A stretch of DNA of 64,000 bases, taken from sequence record PZ583738.1; one strand, given 5' to 3'. The notes beneath the pieces are model-generated. The model had not been told where the DNA came from and made no database searches. It saw only the letters and a list, made by a program, of their open reading frames with translations. How positions within the stretch are numbered: the stretch's first letter is position 1; every line of letters begins with the position of its first letter. Positions 11,673-19,172 of the stretch are shown one piece after another. Position numbers and translations under genes: made by a program. The DNA is from a phage.

Positions 11673-12215
11673 ATGAGTAATTTCTTTGAAGAAGGCAAGT
11701 TTTACAAGTTCGCATCTGAAAATGCCAAAAAACAGTTTATTGCCGGAGGCTGGGCAGCTAATTACCAAATTGCTGGATACATCGGTATGACTCCGTTTGA
11801 AGTGAAAATTGTACCTGATACCGCGAGCGGTGGAAGAAAAGTTTGTGAGATACGTTTGATTGATGAAAATGATTTTGTGGATTTGGCAAAAATATCTGGC
11901 ACACAGAACAGGCATCATGGAGCAATGTTTGTTTCTGCTGGTCCATTGTCTGATGAATTTGATTATTTCATCCAAGCGGAAGTTGGTGTTAAGCCAGAAG
12001 TTGAACCTGTGCCAGTAAAACTTGCATCAGTTTGGAAATTGCTTGTGGTTAAAAATGGCAAGATTGAGATTAACTCTCGTCATGTGTCAAAAGAATATGC
12101 GGAAGGCGAAGCAGAGCGTCTGTTAAACCGCGGTACTGTTGAAGATTGTTATATTATCAAAGGCGATATCACAAAAGCTTCTATCATTAAACAAGTAAAA
12201 CAGGAGACAATCTGA
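11673..12215 (+). CDS. hypothetical protein
   Basis: 180-aa ORF with GAGGAAAA RBS downstream of GTTTAC/TATAAT early promoter. Confidence 0.6.
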   Translation: MSNFFEEGKFYKFASENAKKQFIAGGWAANYQIAGYIGMTPFEVKIVPDTASGGRKVCEIRLIDENDFVDLAKISGTQNRHHGAMFVSAGPLSDEFDYFIQAEVGVKPEVEPVPVKLASVWKLLVVKNGKIEINSRHVSKEYAEGEAERLLNRGTVEDCYIIKGDITKASIIKQVKQETI

Positions 12216-12460
12216 TGCTTAGCGAAACCCCAATTACTGTTGAAGAGTTCCACGAAAAAGTGAAGGCATTTGCCCAAGCGATGATTAACCGCGTATCAGA
12301 GCGATTCCCTGCTGCAACTTTGCAAGTTATTCAGGAATCTACACGCAGTTTTATGATTGTCATTAATCCGAAAATTACTCTAAAAGGTGGTGACCAGTTG
12401 ACCCAACTGAAATTGGGTTCTGATGGTCTGGTTGAAGCGCAGCGAGTGTATATTCAATGA
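12215..12460 (+). CDS. hypothetical protein
   Basis: 81-aa ORF, ATGA overlap with upstream gene. Confidence 0.5.
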   Translation: MLSETPITVEEFHEKVKAFAQAMINRVSERFPAATLQVIQESTRSFMIVINPKITLKGGDQLTQLKLGSDGLVEAQRVYIQ

Positions 12461-12795
12461 TTAGTTTAGTAGAAGCTATTACCACTGCATTACAGGAAGA
12501 CAAGGATGGAGACCATCGCGGTCTCTCTGAAAGTGCTGTACAATTTATCCGGGCTTTGCTGATGAATGATACTCTGTTCAAAAGCATTAACCCCGCTGAT
12601 TATGATGGTGTGTTGTTGACTATGCTACCCGTTGAAATTGGCAATTCATTAGCGGGCGTAGTATTTTTTGATAAGAAAAAACGCTTTAAAGATGGTTATG
12701 GTATATTAACCTCACGTGTGAAATCAATCACGAAATTGCGACATGAATTATATCGTGTTGAAACTGCTAAATCTGCCTATATCATGGTGATGTAA
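12457..12795 (+). CDS. hypothetical protein
   Basis: 112-aa ORF, overlap-coupled to neighbours. Confidence 0.55.
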   Translation: MISLVEAITTALQEDKDGDHRGLSESAVQFIRALLMNDTLFKSINPADYDGVLLTMLPVEIGNSLAGVVFFDKKKRFKDGYGILTSRVKSITKLRHELYRVETAKSAYIMVM

Positions 12796-13377
12796 ATGAA
12801 ACCAACTACTGTTCTGCAAATCGCATACCTTGTATCTCAAGAATCCAAATGTTGCTCCTGGAAAGTGGGAGCTGTTATTGAAAAGAATGGCCGTATTATT
12901 TCTACAGGGTATAATGGTTCCCCTGCAGGTGGGGTTAACTGTTGCGAGCACGCGGAAGAGCAAGGTTGGTTACTGAATAAACCTAAACCTGTTCTCATCC
13001 CTGGTCATAAGCCAGAATGCGTGAGATTCAGTCAGGTTGACCGTTTTGTATTGGCGAAAGCCCATCGCGAAGAACATTCTGCATGGTCAAAGAACAACGA
13101 AATTCATGCCGAGCTTAATGCGATTCTGTTCGCAGCCAGAATGGGTTCGTCAATTGAAGGCGCTACTATGTATGTGACGCTTTCTCCTTGTCCTGATTGC
13201 GCAAAGGCAATTTCTCAATCAGGAATCAAGAAATTGGTTTACTGTGAAACGTATGATAAGAATATTCCTGGTTGGGATGATATCCTGAAGAACGCAGGAA
13301 TTGAGGTGTTCAATGTGCCTAAGCGTAGTCTAGACAAATTGAACTGGGAAAACATTAACGAATTTTGTGGTGAATAA
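12796..13377 (+). CDS. cd: dCMP deaminase
   Basis: Zn-binding deaminase motifs (HAE...PCPDCA); near-identical to T4 Cd over the full length as I recall it. Confidence 0.95.
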   Translation: MKPTTVLQIAYLVSQESKCCSWKVGAVIEKNGRIISTGYNGSPAGGVNCCEHAEEQGWLLNKPKPVLIPGHKPECVRFSQVDRFVLAKAHREEHSAWSKNNEIHAELNAILFAARMGSSIEGATMYVTLSPCPDCAKAISQSGIKKLVYCETYDKNIPGWDDILKNAGIEVFNVPKRSLDKLNWENINEFCGE

Positions 13378-13610
13378 TGAAATTTCGTCTAGTTAAGTTT
13401 TCAGGTCTGAACTCAAAAGGTGAAAACCTGGTAGCCTTTTCAGTAGAATATAAAAAGTACTTTTTCTCTCGTTGGAAATCGTACTATAAATCCGAGTGGG
13501 TTCGCCCCGAAATGAAATATAAAACGGGACCTATTCTTGATAATTGTCATAGCCTATTAAGAGCTCTAAAAGAGCGTAACGCAACCACTATCAAAACTGT
13601 TTTGGAATAA
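13377..13610 (+). CDS. hypothetical protein (31.2 position)
   Basis: 77-aa ORF, start overlaps cd stop. Confidence 0.5.
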   Translation: MKFRLVKFSGLNSKGENLVAFSVEYKKYFFSRWKSYYKSEWVRPEMKYKTGPILDNCHSLLRALKERNATTIKTVLE

Positions 13611-13612
13611 TT

Positions 13613-13912
13613 ATGATTTTAACTGAACAAGAAACAATTCGTCTCCGTGAAAAAGTCAAGACTATTTTGTCTGTTGGTTTTCACGAAGTTCTGTTTGAAA
13701 AAGCAGATGGTAGCATCCGTCGTATGACTTGTACTCGCGACCTGGACCTGCTACCGTATAAAGAAATCCAGGCCCCTGGTCCAGAAGCCAATAAAGAACC
13801 AGTTAGCTATATCCGGGTATTTGATACCAAGCTTAATGAATGGCGTTCATTCTGTTTCAATAAATTGATTTCCGTGAATGGACTACAGACCGAGACTCTG
13901 CTTGTCCTTTAA
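13613..13912 (+). CDS. hypothetical protein (31.1 position)
   Basis: 99-aa ORF between cd and gene 31. Confidence 0.55.
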   Translation: MILTEQETIRLREKVKTILSVGFHEVLFEKADGSIRRMTCTRDLDLLPYKEIQAPGPEANKEPVSYIRVFDTKLNEWRSFCFNKLISVNGLQTETLLVL

Positions 13913-13937
13913 TGCTTCAAACGGTGCGTGTTATTAT
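13913..13937 (+). promoter_or_regulatory. middle promoter (MotA box TGCTTCA, 12-nt spacer, TATTAT)
   Basis: Upstream of gene 31. Confidence 0.55.
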
Positions 13938-13943
13938 TAATAC

Positions 13944-14291
13944 ATGACCAAACAACATGGATTAAATATGGAATTACCAATTAAAGCAGTAGGTGAATAT
14001 ATTATTTTGGTTTCTGAGCCAAAGCAAGCTGGTGATGAAGAAACTACGGCATCAGGTATCGTTATCGGAAAACTCCATCAGGGTGAAATCCCGGAAATGT
14101 GTGAAGTATTTTCGATTGGTCCGGATGTTCCTGAAGGTTTCTGTGAAGTGGGTGATTTGACTCCTCTTCCGGTTGGCAAGATTGCAAACGTTCCGCATCC
14201 TCTGGTTGCTCTGGGACTTAAGCAGGCTAAAGAAGTTAAGCAGAAATTTGTGACTTGTCATTATAAAGCTGTTCCTTGTCTTTATAAGTAA
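13944..14291 (+). CDS. 31: co-chaperonin GroES homolog gp31
   Basis: [16 protein letters not shown]...[15 protein letters not shown]...[15 protein letters not shown] matches T4 gp31; start may be the second ATG (13968); MotA-box promoter upstream. Confidence 0.92.
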   Translation: MTKQHGLNMELPIKAVGEYIILVSEPKQAGDEETTASGIVIGKLHQGEIPEMCEVFSIGPDVPEGFCEVGDLTPLPVGKIANVPHPLVALGLKQAKEVKQKFVTCHYKAVPCLYK

Positions 14292-14300
14292 AATTAGCGT

Positions 14301-14308
14301 TATAAATA
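14301..14308 (+). promoter_or_regulatory. late promoter TATAAATA
   Basis: Exact octamer just downstream of the gene 31 stop; ~155 nt upstream of rIII-like ATG. Confidence 0.5.
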
Positions 14309-14462
14309 ATAATATGGATTGGTTGATGTCATACAGAGCTTTGCTGGTGTATGGGGTTAGCTAATCCTAAACGGTGGACTACAACTGAGAGACTTGTCGA
14401 AAGGAAGTGAAATTCAGAAGAACGTGTCCACCAAATATTCACCTCATATTGAGGCTTCTAAA

Positions 14463-14717
14463 ATGTCTTTAAACAAACAATTACAACACGCTCTCGAACT
14501 GCAACGCACTGCATGGAATAACGGTCACGAAAACTACGGCGCATCTATTGATGTTGAAGCCGAAGCACTGGAAATTCTGCAGTATTTCAAACATCTTAAC
14601 CCGATTCAAACCGACCTTCGCGCAGTGCTCGAAGCAAAAGATGAACTGAAATTTGCTAAGCCGCTGGCATCTGCTGCCCGTAAAGCTGTTCGTCATTTTG
14701 TCGTAACCTTGAAGTAA
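14463..14717 (+). CDS. rIII: rIII-like lysis-inhibition accessory protein (by position and size)
   Basis: 84 aa from ATG at 14463 (track start 14394 is TTG); lies between gene 31 and the gene 30.x array as in T4; a TATAAATA late promoter lies ~155 nt upstream. Confidence 0.5.
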   Translation: MSLNKQLQHALELQRTAWNNGHENYGASIDVEAEALEILQYFKHLNPIQTDLRAVLEAKDELKFAKPLASAARKAVRHFVVTLK

Positions 14718-15046
14718 GTTTTAAGTGGATGTTGGCAGGTACCTCCACTATAATATGATACCTGCTTGTATATTGTCTTTAATATCATCCGAGGAGCCAC
14801 CGAATTATCTGATTAATGGTTTGCGAATCATTATAGTTTTAGACCCCGATAATTTTGTGGTGTACCTCTTGAATGTATTTTGTACTATCACGCGTCAGAA
14901 AAAGGTTATCTGTCTAAGTCGTGGTTGGTATGATGACGAGGTTTATGGTTATCCTGTCGTTAAATATACAAAACCTATGTTCCCCCTTGAGGGCTTGCGC
15001 AGACAATGTCAATAAGTCCTGCATTCTATTTTAAAGAGAATTTAAT

Positions 15047-15208
15047 ATGGCTAAGAAAGAAGTTAAAGTTGTTGATGGCTCTTCCAAACGCGCTGGTTAC
15101 AAGCGTGCGTCCAACCAGCGAATCAATCAGGTAACTGATAAACTTCAGGCTCGTGCTCGTGCGGTATTGCGTGCCGATGCAGCTTGCTTTGGTAAGCCGA
15201 AAGCATAA
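15047..15208 (+). CDS. hypothetical small basic protein (53 aa, MAKKEVKVVDGSSKRAGYKRASNQ...)
   Basis: Not in ORF track (below 60 aa); weak AAGAG RBS; immediately followed by a strong GGGACTC-TTCG-GAGTCCC-T6 terminator. Confidence 0.4.
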   Translation: MAKKEVKVVDGSSKRAGYKRASNQRINQVTDKLQARARAVLRADAACFGKPKA

Positions 15209-15213
15209 GTTCA

Positions 15214-15237
15214 GGGACTCTTCGGAGTCCCTTTTTT
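15214..15237 (+). terminator. intrinsic terminator GGGACTC-TTCG-GAGTCCC-T6
   Basis: Perfect 7-bp GC-rich stem, tetraloop, T6. Confidence 0.8.
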
Positions 15238-15252
15238 ATTTTCCATAAAGGG

Positions 15253-15282
15253 GTTTACAACAGGGTTTGACCAGTGCATAAT
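15253..15282 (+). promoter_or_regulatory. early promoter (GTTTAC -35, 18-nt spacer, CATAAT -10)
   Basis: Upstream of ORF 15326; shares a 22-nt block with the promoter at 37118. Confidence 0.6.
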
Positions 15283-15325
15283 GATTCCATACTGAGTTGC
15301 ACATTAAACAAATGAGGAAAATACT

Positions 15326-15613
15326 ATGTTTATGACTACTTACTTTGATACACGCAAAAATTTCTGTGAAGTTGTTTTCTCTAAAAAAGGCCCTAATGTT
15401 CCTGCTGGGTGTGAACCAACTAAAGAATCCATTAAAAACTATGTGGATATAGTTTGCCCAGTTGAATTCAGGACTGTTAATGGACGTGATACGCTGGCAA
15501 TCACCAAGCTTCGCCGTGACATTGATATTGACCCAATTGCAGCACGTGAAATTAATTCGTCTGATATTAATGGCGGTAATGTTAAATCACACGGTTTCCA
15601 GATGAGGTTCTAA
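15326..15613 (+). CDS. hypothetical protein (30.x array)
   Basis: 95-aa ORF with GAGGAAAA RBS downstream of early promoter. Confidence 0.55.
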   Translation: MFMTTYFDTRKNFCEVVFSKKGPNVPAGCEPTKESIKNYVDIVCPVEFRTVNGRDTLAITKLRRDIDIDPIAAREINSSDINGGNVKSHGFQMRF

Positions 15614-15807
15614 TGCAACTATTTCTATCACAAACTGTTCAGTTAAAAGGCGTAGGTATTCCTGGAATGATTTCTAAGGTCTTGCCTGCTTTTCAATTAG
15701 GCAATATTTCCATTAAAGAAGCATATGCAGTCCTGTGGGTTGACGGAACAGAAGACGTTCGCATGGGTGGTGAGTTGTCTGTAATCAAATGTTTAAAGCG
15801 AGGATAA
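15613..15807 (+). CDS. hypothetical protein
   Basis: 64-aa ORF, start overlaps upstream stop. Confidence 0.5.
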   Translation: MQLFLSQTVQLKGVGIPGMISKVLPAFQLGNISIKEAYAVLWVDGTEDVRMGGELSVIKCLKRG

Positions 15808-15808
15808 T

Positions 15809-16021
15809 ATGTTTAAGAAACTGATTCAGAAAATTTTGGGAACAGAAATGGTTGAAGTTACTTATCGTGTAACAGACGTGAGTCCATGGGCCCGAAATAT
15901 TGAACCATATACTAAAACAATTAAAATGCTGAAATCTGACGGTGGATTGTCTATTAAAGACCGTCTACCTGGTTATGGTCATTGGGCAAACGTTGATGTA
16001 GTAAGTGTCAAAGATGTCTGA
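15809..16021 (+). CDS. hypothetical protein
   Basis: 70-aa ORF with AGGA RBS. Confidence 0.5.
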   Translation: MFKKLIQKILGTEMVEVTYRVTDVSPWARNIEPYTKTIKMLKSDGGLSIKDRLPGYGHWANVDVVSVKDV

Positions 16022-16472
16022 GTTAGAAATCAGAAGCAATTTCCCATGGCCATCATGTGCATTAAGTAACTTTGCTAAATGGCCTTTTGTTATGGATGGC
16101 ATCCAGTTTGGAGGTCTTGAAGGCTTCCTACAAGGGTGCAAGGTGAGAAATAATGAACAACAAAAACGTATATTTGGGATGTCCGGGCTGGTCGCACAAC
16201 AAACTGGAAGAGCTTATGCTAGAGCTGCGGACCGTGGGACGCTTTTCTGGCTTGGAATTCCCTTTTCAAGATACTCTGCATCATGGAAAGAGTTGTATAC
16301 AAATGCTTATTTTGAAGCAGCGCTCCAAAACAAAGGATTCCGCGACGCATTACAAGCTACAAAGGGGAAAGTTTTAAAGCATTCGATGGCGAGCCACCTT
16401 ACTGTTCATGATACAATATTGACTGAACAAGAATTTATTGACATACTTAACCAATTGAGAGATGCATTATGA
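16014..16472 (+). CDS. gene 30.3-like protein with NADAR/YbiA-like motifs (tentative)
   Basis: ATG at 16014 overlaps upstream stop (track start 16005 is GTG); LSNFAKWPF..DG...GLEGFLQGCK pattern resembles the FSNF..WP..DG...EHYFQA.K signature I associate with NADAR (DUF1768) domains; position matches T4 30.3. Confidence 0.55.
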   Translation: MSELEIRSNFPWPSCALSNFAKWPFVMDGIQFGGLEGFLQGCKVRNNEQQKRIFGMSGLVAQQTGRAYARAADRGTLFWLGIPFSRYSASWKELYTNAYFEAALQNKGFRDALQATKGKVLKHSMASHLTVHDTILTEQEFIDILNQLRDAL

Positions 16473-17293
16473 AACCCGTTATTTTAACAGATATTGATGG
16501 CGTATGTTTGTCATGGCAGTCTGGCTTGCCTTATTTCGCCCAAAAATATAATTTACCCCTGGAACATATCCTTAAGATGATTCAGGATGAAAAATTTGTG
16601 ACCCCTGGTAAACTGTTCAATTGTGATGAAGAGTTGGGAGCACAGTTGATTGAGAAATATAACTGTTCAGATTTTATTCGCTATTTGTCTCCTTACGCGG
16701 ATGCGTTAAGGGTTATTAATAACCTCAAAGAGCAATATGATTTTGTGGCTGTTACAGCCCTGGGTGATTCCATTGACGCCCGTCTGAATCGTCAATTTAA
16801 CCTGAATGCTTTGTTCCCTGGAGCGTTTAAAGAAGTGATGATGTGTGGTCATACAGCCTCTAAAGAGGATTTGTTTCAGAAGGCAAAAGACAAATATAAT
16901 GTCATTTGTTATATTGATGACCTTGCACACCATTGCGACCATGCGAGTGAAATTCTTGAGGTTCCGGTTTATTGGATGGCCCGCGGCGAACGTGATGCTA
17001 TTCCTAAAACAGCTTCCAAAGTTTTTAATTGGGACGATGTTGCTGGACAGCTTAAACTGAAACACAAAGATGAACCGGTCAAACCAGAATTCACTCCAGA
17101 TGAACTCCGTAAACTGGAAGAGCTGTTTCGTGAAACTCGACGCCTTCAACAACAAATGCAGCAAGGCTGGCAGCCTGGTCAACCGTGGACTCCTGGATAT
17201 AATCCAGCATATCCATATCAATATGGCCAGCGTGTAGGTACTGGTATTGAATACTGGTACAATCAACCGACCGGTGGCCAAGGGGGTAATTGA
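16469..17293 (+). CDS. HAD-superfamily 5'(3')-deoxyribonucleotidase-like protein (30.2 position) with Q/P/G/Y-rich C-terminal tail
   Basis: N-terminal ILTDIDGV motif typical of HAD phosphatases; C-terminal ~50 aa low-complexity region. Confidence 0.6.
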   Translation: MKPVILTDIDGVCLSWQSGLPYFAQKYNLPLEHILKMIQDEKFVTPGKLFNCDEELGAQLIEKYNCSDFIRYLSPYADALRVINNLKEQYDFVAVTALGDSIDARLNRQFNLNALFPGAFKEVMMCGHTASKEDLFQKAKDKYNVICYIDDLAHHCDHASEILEVPVYWMARGERDAIPKTASKVFNWDDVAGQLKLKHKDEPVKPEFTPDELRKLEELFRETRRLQQQMQQGWQPGQPWTPGYNPAYPYQYGQRVGTGIEYWYNQPTGGQGGN

Positions 17294-17571
17294 TGTTTGT
17301 CGTTCATACTATTTCTGACCGTGGTCCAACTACCACGATGGATTACGGTCATGTTAACCAGTTTATTCGTCATGTGAATCATAATTACTCGTTTGATATT
17401 AATCCGGCTAAAGATAACCCCGTTTGGCGTGAATGCGTTGAGCAAGGATTTATCTATGTTCACTTCATGACCAAAATGAAACCAGACGGGGCAACTAAAT
17501 TTGTGTTCACTTATCATAAGCGGCTGGATTTGCTTTTGGAAGACGTGGCATATAATAGAGTCAACGACTAA
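17293..17571 (+). CDS. hypothetical protein (30.1 position)
   Basis: ATG at 17293 overlaps upstream stop (TGATG); 92 aa. Confidence 0.5.
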   Translation: MFVVHTISDRGPTTTMDYGHVNQFIRHVNHNYSFDINPAKDNPVWRECVEQGFIYVHFMTKMKPDGATKFVFTYHKRLDLLLEDVAYNRVND

Positions 17572-17581
17572 GAGGTGATTA

Positions 17582-19114
17582 ATGATTTTAGATATTTTAA
17601 ATGAAATTGCTGCAACCGATTCTACTAAAGAGAAACAAGCTATCTTGGAATCGTATTCTGATAATGAAACCCTTAAACGCGTGTATCGTTTGACATATTC
17701 CAAAGGCATCCAGTTCTATATAAAGAAATGGCCAAACGCTGGGTTAACTACCCAAAGTTTTGGAATGCTGAATATCGATGATATGCTTGACTTTATAGAA
17801 TTCACATTAGCCGCGCGTAAATTAACAGGTAATGCTGCAATCGAGGAATTATCTGGCTATATTGCAGATGGTAAAAAAGATGATGTTGAAGTCTTGCGCC
17901 GCGTGATGATGCGTGACCTGGAATGTGGTGCGTCTGTATCAATTGCGAATAAGGTTTGGAAAGGTTTAATTCCTGAACAACCGCAGATGCTCGCTTCTTC
18001 TTATGATGAAGCTGGCATTGCTAAGAACATTAAGTTCCCGGCCTTTGCACAATTGAAAGCCGACGGCGCCCGATGTTTTGCAGAAGTTCGTGGCGATGAG
18101 TTGGATGATGTTCGATTGTTATCCCGAGCTGGTAACGAATACCTCAAGCTTGACCTCCTTAAGAAGGAATTGATTGAAGCCACCCGTGAAGCGCGTGAGA
18201 GACATCCTGAGGGCGTTTTAATTGATGGCGAGTTAGTATATCACGAACAGAAAATAGCTCCCCAGAATGACGGTTTGGGCTTCCTTTTTGACGATTCAGA
18301 TGAGATTGCTCCTGCAAAAGAAACTGCTGAATCAAGAACCTTTTCAAATGGTCTGGCAAACAAATCATTGAAAGGAACTATTTCTGCAGCAGAAGCTTCT
18401 TGTATGAAATTCCAGGTTTGGGATTATGTTCCACTGATTGAAGTCTATTCTGATGTTAAGATTCTCAATCCGCTGAAATATGATGTGCGTTTTGCTGTTC
18501 TGGAAAAGATGATTGCAGATAACGTGGTGCTACATGGTTTCGACCGCATGATTCTGATTGAAAACCATGTTGTTAACAATCTCGATGAAGCGAAGGTTAT
18601 CTATAAGAAATATGTAGATGAAGGCCTTGAAGGTATTATCCTTAAAAACATGGCATCGATTTGGGAAAACAAGCGCTCAAAGAACCTGTATAAGTTCAAA
18701 GAAGTAATTGACATTGCAATGGAAATCATTGGATATTACGAGCACGATAAAGACCCGAATAAGATTGGTGGCGTTGTGCTTCGTTCTTCTTGTGGTAAGA
18801 TTACAAATAACTGTGGTTCTGGTTTTAAAGACACAACTCAAGTTAAAGATAAGAAAACCAAAAAATGGGTTACTATTCCGATTGAGGAGCGTCATGAAAT
18901 GGACCGTGAAGCCTTAATGGTTAAAGCCCGTAAAGGTGAATTGGTTGGAATGATTGCCGACTGTGAATGTAATGGTTGGTTGACTTCCGAGACTCGTAAA
19001 GATAATACGGTTGCATTGTTCCTGCCGATTATCAAAGGGTTCCGTTTCGATAAAGACCATGCAGACACATTCGAAGATGTATTTGGCGACTGGTCAAAGA
19101 CCGGGTTAAAATAA
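17582..19114 (+). CDS. 30: ATP-dependent DNA ligase
   Basis: 510 aa; adenylation motif (KADGARCFA) and extensive identity to T4 DNA ligase (MILDILNEIA...EDVFGDW). Confidence 0.96.
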   Translation: MILDILNEIAATDSTKEKQAILESYSDNETLKRVYRLTYSKGIQFYIKKWPNAGLTTQSFGMLNIDDMLDFIEFTLAARKLTGNAAIEELSGYIADGKKDDVEVLRRVMMRDLECGASVSIANKVWKGLIPEQPQMLASSYDEAGIAKNIKFPAFAQLKADGARCFAEVRGDELDDVRLLSRAGNEYLKLDLLKKELIEATREARERHPEGVLIDGELVYHEQKIAPQNDGLGFLFDDSDEIAPAKETAESRTFSNGLANKSLKGTISAAEASCMKFQVWDYVPLIEVYSDVKILNPLKYDVRFAVLEKMIADNVVLHGFDRMILIENHVVNNLDEAKVIYKKYVDEGLEGIILKNMASIWENKRSKNLYKFKEVIDIAMEIIGYYEHDKDPNKIGGVVLRSSCGKITNNCGSGFKDTTQVKDKKTKKWVTIPIEERHEMDREALMVKARKGELVGMIADCECNGWLTSETRKDNTVALFLPIIKGFRFDKDHADTFEDVFGDWSKTGLK

Positions 19115-19116
19115 CA

Positions 19117-19137
19117 AAAGGGCTTCGGCCCTTTTTT
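19117..19137 (+). terminator. intrinsic terminator GGGC-TTCG-GCCC-T6 after DNA ligase
   Basis: Stem-loop plus T6; A-run upstream. Confidence 0.75.
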
Positions 19138-19139
19138 AG

Positions 19140-19147
19140 TATAAATA
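19140..19147 (+). promoter_or_regulatory. late promoter TATAAATA for alt
   Basis: Exact octamer ~30 nt upstream of alt ATG, directly after the ligase terminator. Confidence 0.7.
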
Positions 19148-19172
19148 CATCATATTTTATAAGGAACCTATT

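Noticed and set aside
14725-15015. 96-aa plus-strand ORF after the rIII-like gene
   Set aside because: No recognisable ribosome-binding site at either candidate start; kept only as an open question under the 14718..15240 finding.
16706-17281. 191-aa minus-strand ORF
   Set aside because: Antisense to the 30.2-like gene inside a co-directional early gene array; no promoter or RBS support.
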